Shown in pieces: positions 39,001-47,591 of a stretch of 64,000 nucleotides of DNA. Origin of the DNA: a virus. The stretch is from positions 89,390 through 153,389 of the IMG/VR virus record IMGVR_UViG_3300014913_000007; one strand, written 5' to 3'. The notes below the pieces were generated by a model. It saw nothing but the letters and a program-made list of their open reading frames with translations, was not told the origin of the DNA and ran no database searches. Within the stretch, counting starts at the first letter, position 1. Every line of letters begins with the position of its first letter. Position numbers and translations under genes: made by a program.

Positions 39001-40449
39001 ATTACTATCAAACCCATAAGTACCTGACTTAATTCTATATGCATTATAGTCATCTATGAAATCTACTTCACAGTATGGATAGCCCCCAACATCTAAAGAA
39101 GACAATTGCTTCTCTAGTTCTCTAGCTAGTTCTCTATTTGTATATCCTTGACGATCTGGTATTTTTATAATAACGTCTCCATAGTTATTCATATTTACCA
39201 GTAGGGTATCATTCATTCCATAGGTGATATCCACTCTATTAAAGTCTACAGACCCTCCTCTTACTTCTCCCTGCTTACCTACTCCAGGACAGTTCTTACT
39301 CTGATCAAATTCTTCTACTAGCTGAAGGTTATCAAAATACAAGTTATTTACAGTTGTCTCAGTATTTTCTAATTTTAAAGACCTTATAGTTTCCAGTCTT
39401 AGGTTAGGAATAGAGTTACCTATTTGTTCATTATTTAATGTAGTATTAAACACCGAGCTAGAATAGTTAAACTGAATTAACAAAGAATTCCAAGAGTTTA
39501 AATTGTAGTTGGAATTTCCAGAAAACTCTGAGAACGTTACCAAGCCTGATTTATATTTTAGCTTTCCATTTGAGTCTAACTTTATCTGTATAATTTCACT
39601 AGTTGCTAGAGTATCTGAATAGAGAGTAATCATACCTGAGAAATTTGTAGGTCTAAATGATAGAGATAAGTATCCATCTGCTATTTGCCTACTTGCTACT
39701 CTCACTGCTCCAGGTCCTTCACTACTTCCTAGAATATTTTCCAAACTTAGTACTTGATTAGAGATACTTTCAGGATCTTTTCTTACTACTACCTGTCTAT
39801 TATCAAAGTTTACATCAGTTAACGACCAGTTTTGTGGTGCTAAGTTAACATCCTGATTATCAAAAGAGTCTGCAAAAAGTGTCTCACTTAAATCTTCAAA
39901 ACAAACTTGAGTACAAAATTGAAACACTGGGTTTTGAATCTTAATGTGTTCTACAAATATCTCATCTCCCTTTATTCCTTGATTGTCAGCAAAAACTACC
40001 TTAAGACTTACTATATCTCCTATCCAAGTACGGACTGGACCCATGTTTATTCTATATACATGCCACTTATCATCTGATATTACTTCGAAGCTCTCTGATT
40101 TATCTTCTGAGAATACAACATCAGAAGAGGTCTTAAAGTATACCCTTCCACTGTCTACTTCAAAATGTTCAGAACTATTCTTATACTTTGCCTTAATTAC
40201 TATTTCAGTATAGGTATCTGCAGATACTAGTGAGAAATTACTACTCCTACTTAAACTTGGAGAGGTAGTTGTTGCACTGAAGAAAGTAAATCCTCCTGAT
40301 ATTCCATGTAAGGTACCATTTTCAACAAAGTCCCAACCTTTGTAGTCTCGTTCTATGTCGAATACAGTATTGTGTCCTAAGTTTTCAGACTCATCACAAA
40401 CTCTTGCATTCTTAATTACTGCATTTTTTAATATGTTTCTCTTCGACAT
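33058..40449 (-). CDS. Very large (2463 aa) acidic beta-rich virion-like protein
   Basis: Uninterrupted ORF; several CBM/discoidin-like segments; D/E/S/T-rich. Confidence 0.7.
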   Translation of the reverse strand: MSKRNILKNAVIKNARVCDESENLGHNTVFDIERDYKGWDFVENGTLHGISGGFTFFSATTTSPSLSRSSNFSLVSADTYTEIVIKAKYKNSSEHFEVDSGRVYFKTSSDVVFSEDKSESFEVISDDKWHVYRINMGPVRTWIGDIVSLKVVFADNQGIKGDEIFVEHIKIQNPVFQFCTQVCFEDLSETLFADSFDNQDVNLAPQNWSLTDVNFDNRQVVVRKDPESISNQVLSLENILGSSEGPGAVRVASRQIADGYLSLSFRPTNFSGMITLYSDTLATSEIIQIKLDSNGKLKYKSGLVTFSEFSGNSNYNLNSWNSLLIQFNYSSSVFNTTLNNEQIGNSIPNLRLETIRSLKLENTETTVNNLYFDNLQLVEEFDQSKNCPGVGKQGEVRGGSVDFNRVDITYGMNDTLLVNMNNYGDVIIKIPDRQGYTNRELARELEKQLSSLDVGGYPYCEVDFIDDYNAYRIKSGTYGFDSNVVVSKHLDSTLSDTLGFTEEGISAGISSAGRPHSQGFNFSNTFRPRTYDLNRLIDNNKEDVKVLYHNPTLNTVQIGIDDAGFTGRLNKISGTNKTLIDFLHRATDEGFLEEVFFHGKLPKVAEVKVTTSYASITSSWINLGVGSIKEANVNIGDLVIIDTPGYIGNGTYGVVQVHKYNGAVSIDTVLPTASALELTIESIAKLKHFRPNIDGDLTLINETQLGIEQSGETYTRNHDTYRVDVNWYVHRGDFIGIYNAIEVYAGNDINNSVDAIYLEEDGDLIGDNINVSTPIGAGIRGIGLFGGSKLKQTRAVYDIEFPQSENIEFFEVVGEVLPHDREYNIATAVGKGFNLQVLVSGTHIHRVFNTISALPEDKIHDNIAYNVFTLTDGLRFASNGSVGTFEGDDSRAAYCYISGDGEWTPTYPEDPIDIEFPTAGTLIHERIYDYYGDPYEIRMTWDVPKNIQQFNLFFKEYPHTENYSLEWLKDSSTTYDSEIKGFERIGLGNSSEYEQVYLDRLRLHRDDLDQLVEFQKHFDTTFDAQLSAFNPSSGEVVDTYNKNPYILLQKKFDSVNTTAVRWACRAHVSTKMSEVELISKTDSASGLDESLEFYFSIDGVEFQRVDPKLISENKARFNIGFPTRYLRIVSSPGTTFAISEFYAESSDDTVRYKDYQTKKPLELIAPEIEKGEESAAEVVEVVNRACESSSVELYIETEEIADDLILKSSMNTEEDVRLPEIGPAGVIEQNEDFDLRITETIAINSPCYGLKNLASKKLYYESSRFENESDYFIRGVSYGSRWLAGYHENFPQTAPDTGVLIPGGKINYGDDPGFSIQGVDGDTLANPNPPLNAELHSSWNVVGSFTASVLAETDVRGLCCNKRGATIGIVDGNGRKIYIRKRIRNYDRNAISLGPIQRIYYEVRDSNIGTLSSVQVADILTVGDGSYGQWDDGVEYSMYLTREVKSGVDSLHFYYIDSVNGTNEFQWGTDPVFSIDLLSYNLTDPLKVFIGNYWETQTGNVRPYRYAAGVTPYQSINSFQFAGESTFSSYNISFKFPKMIGSLGEVEEDNKVDLVTDYGAKAIAVDLGTVYNLDIMQIYTNTGKDLWKAYRTQYSSSDTSDIASVLWGNSTVLNARWVLFLEDAVPVTETNVTYLDILRIYPDITRLPDSKFTNSEWESLGNILTDGDTQTAVSQLDYPVIAVDLLETFSVAFYELLDTSNQEYSGRPGFNGWTAEAKQTSSATNKDNPKEVSWDSWVDYSEEDKFSGDIRWLSFKNETFDITDGTNLQKLAATFQASTDGVFLNNASEYKSIVDFTEYASWFTVPYLEENNIAKLTAFEVNNAEDFLYGSASVRVSDNMETSRTDQLFDEDLTTNVIMQASSYNAWRAFGNLFVTSSGVSYSISGIDFPPIETSDIEDTYIEFYEVTANGFGIRIPDSAVGKPNTLTFQTLSGEDPTIESNWYTIYTESDLVEEVYTEGELEDDDNLELVFNGGDTYRANFTSPVTLSGFRVLFEDITYGSTVHESTVTVGDVYLYEDTNKPAAVIDVDNDPNVRDGGRRSLKITYLSGNEESETVTIGTAARIDIDENWSIQDFLSVSLKIDSPELLDLDNCFIRVGQDSTYYYEWSLASIEGDIASTELERYNFRFKDAPIQGIPGINLNSVDRSDLESRVDFKNGPLGFVELELKPLDTTSVDINVWLDNFKIVRENFSLPGKYNDTLYLNNLEYLYYPLSGFRIDKGFFEAWITPDWDFQANTTVTKSEAFTVFTAVNELDESLTCTYSAFSGFTLTITTKTNRISLVTGRVFDIEKYKPFKFSIAWDSSGKEIDQIAGSTVRIWFNDISIMHFTTTWDIEITKNSYFFIGGKAPEIDIAMNITDEYLSSVPGKIVPDLKSVTAGIENVIISREPKKFEFSQLQTLKDKIKISIDGVNFYEGTSNNLPILIENVPPGDSLRVWIKTDLPKDTRNLARKAHLRTRWRRG

Positions 40450-40834
40450 GTTTCAATAAGCGATCCAAATATGGATTACTATCTCTATCCTCTTTACTAA
40501 TGTTTTTATGTAAACCTTTCTTTATTATATACTTTTCTAAGTAATTTTCATAGTACTCAGGTGTTCCTATTTCTACTCTACTTCTTACCCAAGCAAGCTC
40601 TGAGCAATCATCTCTTAACATTTTTATAGCTTCTTCATGACTTACATTAAAAGATTCTTCACAGTTACTGCAGGTCATTATGAAGAAGTTCGGACTTAAA
40701 GGTGGATTACTATACGGTAATACTGTCTTTATATCCTTACTATATTCCTCAGAGTATGCTTCTACAGTTTTAATGTAGTCAACATCTAATGATTTAGTGT
40801 TACATTTCTTACACTTACATTGTGCTAATATCAT
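40412..40834 (-). CDS. Hypothetical protein with CxxC pairs
   Basis: CKKC...CSNC. Confidence 0.6.
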   Translation of the reverse strand: MILAQCKCKKCNTKSLDVDYIKTVEAYSEEYSKDIKTVLPYSNPPLSPNFFIMTCSNCEESFNVSHEEAIKMLRDDCSELAWVRSRVEIGTPEYYENYLEKYIIKKGLHKNISKEDRDSNPYLDRLLKHVEEKHIKKCSN

Positions 40835-43800
40835 TATGGCCTATACCTCGCTAAATTTTGTCTTGCTTTCTCTTCTCGGTTTCGTGCTGCGTCAGATACT
40901 GCTTCCACTAAAGATTCACTTCTAACTTGATTACTTAGTAAATCACTGTATGAATCAAACACACCTGCATCTACTTGTCCTAGTAGCCCTGCAGCTGAAG
41001 TTCCCATTGCTCCAGCTATTTTGTCTGTAAGTCTTCCAAATTGGAATAAACTGTAAGCACTTCTACCTCCCTTTCCATCTGAAGTACAAGTATCATGCGA
41101 CTGGTTTTTGTAGACATAGTGAGCAGTCCTTGAACCACTTCCAAAACCTATCACTCCTAAATTTACAACACAGCTTTTAACTACTTGCTCAGTGGTTCCA
41201 TGACACGCATGAAATCCGTCCGGTTGCCAACCTGCTGGTAGTGGTACTGGAGCAACTATAGAATCAGCATTAACCCACTTATCTGAAGCCTCGACATTCA
41301 TATTGATAGATGTTCCCTCTAAACCAGTAGATAGATTATATTTAGATAATAAATACTGATCGCTTGCATTTACAAAGTACTGAAGTGGCATTTTTAATAG
41401 CTTCTCTACGGACTTTAACTTATCTTCCATATTTTCTAATAAGGTTATCTGACGTTTCTCACTTAACTCCACAGTACTATCTACAAATACGGCTGGTGAG
41501 GTATCTTCTTCATAATATTTTAATGTATCATAAGTCATCCAATCTGATGCCCAATGTCTACGAATCTTTCCAAACGTTCCAACTTCATAGTCTAAAGATG
41601 CCATTCCAGGTTGCCATAGCTCTGCAATTCCAACCGTTTCAAGTGAGTCTGGTTGATCTCTTAAGGCTCCCACTCCAGATAAAAACTTTCTCTGAGAGGG
41701 TAAGTACTGTGAATTACCTGTTATACTATCTGGATCACTTGTTCCATATCCTTTACTTAGAATGTATTTTTGATCTAAACAGGAGAACTCTTCTACAGCT
41801 CCTTCATATCTTCTCACCTTAACACTAAAACTACTTAGAGAGAAACCTGTAGCATCATCTCTACTTCCTATAAAAACCTCTATCTGTTTAGTTTTAAATG
41901 CCTCCATATTAGTTGAATCAAATGAAAAGTTTCTTATTACATCCTCGTTATCTACTTCTTTAATTGAAATCCTAGGCTTTGATACTAATTCTAAAGTTGT
42001 ATCTCCAACTAGTGCTACAGAAAATTCTGGATCTGTAAATGGTCCAGCTATTGGCTGAGAAAATACGGTTCCCTGCTCTCTACCATATAATTTATAACTA
42101 AACTCTATAGAACTAACTTCTACTACACTTGCAAAGGTGACTGTTATAGAAGAAGGTCCAATCTGTCCCTCTCCTTTACTAGGGTCTGGTAATGATAAGT
42201 CATCTAGAGAATAAGGTTTCCAATCATATACATAAGCTTCTACTTCTCCAAAGAATAACTCACTAATTGCATCCAGTTCCCTTCCTGACTTAGCTTCTCT
42301 AGTTACTAAATCTATACTTGGATAATTTCCAAAATTTGCTGTAGGCATCTGGCTAACTGATTGATCCTCAACTGGAAGCTCTGAATACGGGAAAAGTCTT
42401 GGGCTAATTGCTAATACCTCAACGCCTTTAAAAAATCCTTTCCAAATTACTTCTTCATCATCTAAGTTATTACCAGTTGGTCCATTTGTAGAATAAATAT
42501 ACACAATAGATAAATCAGATACCACATTACTGTAAAAGGTAATGTCCTCTAAATCTTCTAAACTCTCAGGAATTGACTCTGCAGCTTTAGCTGATACTGG
42601 TTCATAAACTGGTACTATCTCAGGTTCTATTCCTAATTCACCTAATGCTGCTATTATCCCCGTCACTGTAGTTAAGGTATAGATTGCAGGATTACCTTCC
42701 TTATCTGTTTCCTGTATCTCTCCGTCTGCTTTATCGTAATACAAGGGTGCGTTCTCATCAATAAAAATCTTTCCGTACTCTACTTCATTTCCATCCTCAT
42801 CTAGTTCTGGCATCTCAAGAGTTACTGTCTGTAAGCCTTCATCTGGACCTATCTCTACAGGTCTAGAGAATCTATCTGTCAGTCTTGATCCATTTACTGT
42901 AGGCTTCTGAAATACCACTCCATTTAGATAACTTCCTTTTACAGTGTTTGAGTGCTCCCTACCTACATCACTACTTGGCTCTATATATCCCCATAAAGTA
43001 GTGTACTCTTTTGGATTAAAGTATAGACCCTCAGGTGGCCAGCGAGTTCCATAAGCTAAGTTACTGGCTCCAGGTCTTCTAACTTGAAAAGTAGTATCAA
43101 AGTCTTCCCTCTCAAAGGAGACTACTTCAGAATTTGTAGTACTTGTACCAGTTTCTTCTGATAGTATCTCAAGGTGTCCTTCATAAGAGTTATAGTCTTT
43201 CTCCGTTAGGGATGAACTCTCAGTTGAATAATCAAATAAAGTTCTAGGTTGAGTATCATCAAATATACTACTACTACCTAGAAAAGGTACAGCTGGCATC
43301 CACCCAGCACCTACTTTTAATCCACCTACTGCTGGATATAAGTATTCTCTGTAGTGCATAGTTCTGAATATACGTATATGCTCTCTTCCTTTATTTCCAG
43401 AAGGTGGGAACGCCCAATCTTTAGAAACATAAGCTGACCATAAATATAAATCTAAGTACTCACTTACTGGTCCACGTAATCTAGCTAGTCCAGCCCAGGT
43501 AGACTCCTGTCTATTCTTTGTTCCAAACGTCCACTCAAACACACAAGATGAGAAAATTCCAGCTACGTTGTGCTGTATAGAATAAGGTCTCTGTCTTTCT
43601 GGTCCTCTATATCTCTCATAGTAGTCCTTCTCCAGGTCTATTCTCTGATTTAGTATTATACCTCCATCATTGATTGCTATCTGAGCAGGAGTACAGGTAG
43701 AATAGGGGGTAAACAACCAAGTCTTCTCATGATCTCCACATGCTGGAGTATATGTAGCTACTCCCGATGACTTCTGACTACCATCTCCAGGATCAAAAAA

Positions 43801-46167
43801 CTTCTCAGGTTTGTTAAGCTGTCTAGTTGCACGAGAGTAGTCGGGGGTTAATGTTTGTTCTGTTTCGATAGATGACCACTTATATTGTATGTCTACATCT
43901 CTTGCCCATGTGTGACATATCTCACCTACTGCGTATATCCACTTTCTACCTATTACTTCCCCATCGGGTGTAGAAAATTCTACTATATAACTCATATCAT
44001 ACTTACTTGATTTTCCTAGATTCAATACTGAACTAGAAATATCCACATCATGTACCGAAGCCTCTGCTAGCATTGTCTTATCTGTTACTCCAGTTATCCT
44101 TACTCCACCTGCATTACTTGTTAGAGGATCTGGAAACTCAGAATATATTTCATCAAAGTCATCTTCGTTTAAAGTATTAGAGGCTTCAAATATATCTAAG
44201 TTAACTGACATAGTAGAGGTTTTTGATGGGAAGGAAATACTTCCACCTCCTTTAGGTTCTACCATTAAAAATCTTACAGGTAATAAGGTTCCGTCTAGGG
44301 ATCTACTTACTTCTCCAATACCTTCGACTACCTCCATAACTATTTCAGTTCCCTCTGGACTCTCTTCTGACTCTTCTGACTCCGGTACTACATTAAAGAG
44401 TATCTCTCTAGGTTCCCAAGTTCTATCTATGCCACCTGGCTTTGCGGAAGATAGTTGTGGTTCTACAATCTCTATTAGGTATCTGTTGCAGTTATCTAAC
44501 CTTGACCATTTTAGTGATCCACCTATCTCTCCATCTCCCGTTACAAGTTCTGACCTTTTAGAAACTGACCAGTACCTACGGTCTGGTAAAGCTTCCTCAT
44601 CCTGTGCATATAGCATTCTAGAAAAAGATCTGTCGAAAACATAATAATGATATGCTTTACTTATAGTAAGACTACCACTTAATATGTTACTATGAAATAA
44701 TATATTCTCCTTAGGAGCTAAATTAGCTAGCCCTGTTACTAGAGATTGTGATTGAGGTGTTTGTAAAACAGCTGTAAAGCCATTTTGAATTAATTCTGCA
44801 TGATGAAACCTGTAATCAATAAAGATTTTTAAATGTGTCCATTGATTTCCAGTTCGAACTAAAATTAGAACCTCATTAACTTCATTGGGCTGTAGGTCTA
44901 TCCCTTCTGGAATATCCCAGAACCTATCCTGACTAGACGTTACAACTCTAAACCCAGTAAAGGATCCGGTTGTTCCAAGTGTATCTACTAATTCTAGAAT
45001 ACTCTCACTTACCTGCTCATTGTAATCTTCTTTACCTGCGTCCAGTTCTGGAAAGCTATCTATAATAGAAGTGTTTACTATGTATACATTTGTTACAGCG
45101 TAAGTTGTACCTGCAAGATACATTGTATTTCTATAGTTACTAAACGAATTATAAACAAATCCTGTATCGTATATGTTATCTCCATTTGCAGACAGTGGTG
45201 GTGGGAAAGTTACTTCTATGGGTGCCTTTATAGCATTACCTAGGTCACCTATTATGGAGTAGTAACTTGGTGAAGTAGTTTGACCTTCTGTATTTTCTAC
45301 GGGTGTACCTTCACTAGGTGTACTAGGTTCTATTACTAAAACAGCATCCTTCTCAACAACATTCCAAGATACTTTTACTAGTTTTACACTATCTGGATTA
45401 TCTTGTATTACGTCTGGTGCCTCTTGTGCTATATACATAGGGTCATCTTCAAAATCTCTAGACCAGATATAAGGATCTTCAAAGGTCTGATTCCAAACTT
45501 CTTCTGCATCAGGTATTAAGCTCCAGTCTCTAATTAAAGATCTCATCTCTTGAACCTGCTGACCTGTTATAGGATCTCCAGGTCTAACATCAACGTCTTT
45601 TAAATATTTAAAGGAAGGACCTGTATAGAAAGGGCAGTTTGTCTTAGCACCGTTACATGGAGGTGCTCCATCTTGTCCCTGGTGGTACTGCTCAGCTCCT
45701 GGCTGTGTACATTTAGTTGTAATAGTTGTATCAGTAGGTACTGTCTCAAAGGTTCTAGGCTGTATTAGGAAGGAAGGCTCATCTTCATGCAACCACCCAC
45801 CAACTACTATATCAGAACTTGCGGTATCTCCGAGGTCTGTAACTTCTAAATCTGTTAACCCTTCTAAATCTTCTATTACTTTATATGAAAAGGTATTGGG
45901 CGTATCATAAGCGACTTGTAAGTCTTCTGGATTTATATCTTCTGGATTAATTGTTAAGTCTCTCCAGTGGCAGCAGGGTTTAAGGCTGGCTCTTTCTCTA
46001 AGTATCTGATACTTATATGGAAGTTGTGTTACTGTACCCTCTTCTTCAGTAGCTACTACAGTATCAAATACCATTCCACAAGGGAAAGGTACTTCTTTAG
46101 TACTTCCATCTAATAATTCTACAGTAATGTAACAATCTAATACAGGATCGTCATCAAAATTTGGCAT
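40834..46167 (-). CDS. Very large (1777 aa) acidic virion-like protein
   Basis: Uninterrupted ORF; Cys cluster near N-terminus (CCHW, CNG...CPFY). Confidence 0.7.
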   Translation of the reverse strand: MPNFDDDPVLDCYITVELLDGSTKEVPFPCGMVFDTVVATEEEGTVTQLPYKYQILRERASLKPCCHWRDLTINPEDINPEDLQVAYDTPNTFSYKVIEDLEGLTDLEVTDLGDTASSDIVVGGWLHEDEPSFLIQPRTFETVPTDTTITTKCTQPGAEQYHQGQDGAPPCNGAKTNCPFYTGPSFKYLKDVDVRPGDPITGQQVQEMRSLIRDWSLIPDAEEVWNQTFEDPYIWSRDFEDDPMYIAQEAPDVIQDNPDSVKLVKVSWNVVEKDAVLVIEPSTPSEGTPVENTEGQTTSPSYYSIIGDLGNAIKAPIEVTFPPPLSANGDNIYDTGFVYNSFSNYRNTMYLAGTTYAVTNVYIVNTSIIDSFPELDAGKEDYNEQVSESILELVDTLGTTGSFTGFRVVTSSQDRFWDIPEGIDLQPNEVNEVLILVRTGNQWTHLKIFIDYRFHHAELIQNGFTAVLQTPQSQSLVTGLANLAPKENILFHSNILSGSLTISKAYHYYVFDRSFSRMLYAQDEEALPDRRYWSVSKRSELVTGDGEIGGSLKWSRLDNCNRYLIEIVEPQLSSAKPGGIDRTWEPREILFNVVPESEESEESPEGTEIVMEVVEGIGEVSRSLDGTLLPVRFLMVEPKGGGSISFPSKTSTMSVNLDIFEASNTLNEDDFDEIYSEFPDPLTSNAGGVRITGVTDKTMLAEASVHDVDISSSVLNLGKSSKYDMSYIVEFSTPDGEVIGRKWIYAVGEICHTWARDVDIQYKWSSIETEQTLTPDYSRATRQLNKPEKFFDPGDGSQKSSGVATYTPACGDHEKTWLFTPYSTCTPAQIAINDGGIILNQRIDLEKDYYERYRGPERQRPYSIQHNVAGIFSSCVFEWTFGTKNRQESTWAGLARLRGPVSEYLDLYLWSAYVSKDWAFPPSGNKGREHIRIFRTMHYREYLYPAVGGLKVGAGWMPAVPFLGSSSIFDDTQPRTLFDYSTESSSLTEKDYNSYEGHLEILSEETGTSTTNSEVVSFEREDFDTTFQVRRPGASNLAYGTRWPPEGLYFNPKEYTTLWGYIEPSSDVGREHSNTVKGSYLNGVVFQKPTVNGSRLTDRFSRPVEIGPDEGLQTVTLEMPELDEDGNEVEYGKIFIDENAPLYYDKADGEIQETDKEGNPAIYTLTTVTGIIAALGELGIEPEIVPVYEPVSAKAAESIPESLEDLEDITFYSNVVSDLSIVYIYSTNGPTGNNLDDEEVIWKGFFKGVEVLAISPRLFPYSELPVEDQSVSQMPTANFGNYPSIDLVTREAKSGRELDAISELFFGEVEAYVYDWKPYSLDDLSLPDPSKGEGQIGPSSITVTFASVVEVSSIEFSYKLYGREQGTVFSQPIAGPFTDPEFSVALVGDTTLELVSKPRISIKEVDNEDVIRNFSFDSTNMEAFKTKQIEVFIGSRDDATGFSLSSFSVKVRRYEGAVEEFSCLDQKYILSKGYGTSDPDSITGNSQYLPSQRKFLSGVGALRDQPDSLETVGIAELWQPGMASLDYEVGTFGKIRRHWASDWMTYDTLKYYEEDTSPAVFVDSTVELSEKRQITLLENMEDKLKSVEKLLKMPLQYFVNASDQYLLSKYNLSTGLEGTSINMNVEASDKWVNADSIVAPVPLPAGWQPDGFHACHGTTEQVVKSCVVNLGVIGFGSGSRTAHYVYKNQSHDTCTSDGKGGRSAYSLFQFGRLTDKIAGAMGTSAAGLLGQVDAGVFDSYSDLLSNQVRSESLVEAVSDAARNREEKARQNLARYRP

Positions 46168-46168
46168 A

Positions 46169-46351
46169 TTAACCCTTTATTATCTCTTCACATGTATTCA
46201 ACTTTATTCTCCACTCACCGCTAGGTAGCTTAAATGCTTCTATCTTATCTTCTCTACACCAATTTTTTACTGTTTGTACAGAAACTTGAAATAATTCAGC
46301 TACTTGCTTTGGAGTAAGTACGGGTTGAATTGAACAACTAAAATTTTCCAT
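46169..46351 (-). CDS. Excisionase/MerR-type HTH protein
   Basis: LTPKQVAELFQVSVQTVKNW...KI.AFK..GEWRI. Confidence 0.85.
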   Translation of the reverse strand: MENFSCSIQPVLTPKQVAELFQVSVQTVKNWCREDKIEAFKLPSGEWRIKLNTCEEIIKG

Positions 46352-46393
46352 TATACCTCTATATGGATCTCTATGGATCTCTATAAAGGTATA
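46352..46393 (-). promoter_or_regulatory. RBS-sequestering hairpin enclosing a 10-bp tandem repeat
   Basis: Minus strand TATACCTTTATA...TATAGAGGTATA stem around GAGATCCATA x2. Confidence 0.55.
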
Positions 46394-46408
46394 TAGTATA
46401 TTTAGTGT

Positions 46409-47206
46409 TTAATCACTGAAATTTTTAAAGATATTTAAGGCTGTCATAAAGTCCCACTTAGCTAACTTTAATACATTGTATATCTTGTCTTTATCTTGTA
46501 AATTCAATCGTTTAGCTAACTTATCTACCATGTCTTTTCTTTCTCTATTTAAAGCTTCACGGTAGGTTCTATCATTACTAATCTGTGCATCTAATGGTCC
46601 AAGCTTTAAGGCTTTAACTACCTTAGATGTTGATTCTGCGTCTGCTAGTGCCCTGTGTGCTGGTAAAACCTGTTGTAGGTTCAACTTACTGAGTGCTTTT
46701 TTTAACCCTCCCCTGCCACCATAACATAGCTTTACGTTAACGAATCTTGGATCGAATTCAATTGGTGGAAATCTTTTACTAATGTATCCCTTATACGACT
46801 TGGCTACTATCTCATCTTGTAGCCAAGTAGCATCTCTTCCCCAACATGTCCAAACAAACTCTCTAGGATCTGGAAGCTCTTCTTTTAGAATTGCTGCAGT
46901 TACATTTAAGTTTTTAGAGAGGTGAATCTCCTCCTGTGAAATGTGAGTTAAGTTCTTGCAGTAGTCAGATAATATTGGATAAAATATAGGTTTTACTGTT
47001 TTGGTATGTTTACTGATAGAGTTATACTCTAAGTCTAGTATCTCTACACCTATTTCAGTAATCTCCATCTTATCCCTAGGTTGACTATCCCAGGACTTAC
47101 CATCCCAACATGTAAGCTCTAGATCCATCACTGCTAAGTACTTTTTGTCCTCTAACTTACCAAACTTATTTACTATCTCTTCATTGTGAAACTTAGTATT
47201 CTTCAT
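46409..47206 (-). CDS. DEDDh 3'-5' exonuclease (ERI-1/KapD-like)
   Basis: MDLELTC, EITEIG, LSDYCKNLTHI, WG.D, HRALADA. Confidence 0.88.
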   Translation of the reverse strand: MKNTKFHNEEIVNKFGKLEDKKYLAVMDLELTCWDGKSWDSQPRDKMEITEIGVEILDLEYNSISKHTKTVKPIFYPILSDYCKNLTHISQEEIHLSKNLNVTAAILKEELPDPREFVWTCWGRDATWLQDEIVAKSYKGYISKRFPPIEFDPRFVNVKLCYGGRGGLKKALSKLNLQQVLPAHRALADAESTSKVVKALKLGPLDAQISNDRTYREALNRERKDMVDKLAKRLNLQDKDKIYNVLKLAKWDFMTALNIFKNFSD

Positions 47207-47213
47207 ATATCTC

Positions 47214-47591
47214 CTATTTATAGGGTTCCTCTTCTACTTGAAACTTACCAGTAGCTCTAAATCCACGAATAAGTACCTTAACTTTCTTTTCATTGTCGTA
47301 ATAACCTATGAACCAACCAACAACTGGGGAAGATGTTATTCTAATTCCACCTGCTAACTCATCTCCTATAGATATTTCACGTAGCTCAGTCTTTCCTGGT
47401 GGTATATACATTCCCTTATCTACTAATTCATAGTGCTTATGTCTACATTTCAAACCTACAATCTTAATATCTTTTTTATTCGGTACTTTTCTCCAGTACT
47501 CTGCCTCTTCCATTGTTATGACAGTACCATCATTATAGACTACGTACCAACCACCTTCTAACTTATTTATTTTTTCATGTGTGTAAGGCAT
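47214..47591 (-). CDS. Hypothetical protein
   Basis: ORF. Confidence 0.6.
   Translation of the reverse strand: MPYTHEKINKLEGGWYVVYNDGTVITMEEAEYWRKVPNKKDIKIVGLKCRHKHYELVDKGMYIPPGKTELREISIGDELAGGIRITSSPVVGWFIGYYDNEKKVKVLIRGFRATGKFQVEEEPYK

Noticed and set aside
45923-45950. Short direct repeat encoding INPED twice
   Set aside because: A simple in-frame duplication with no further structure
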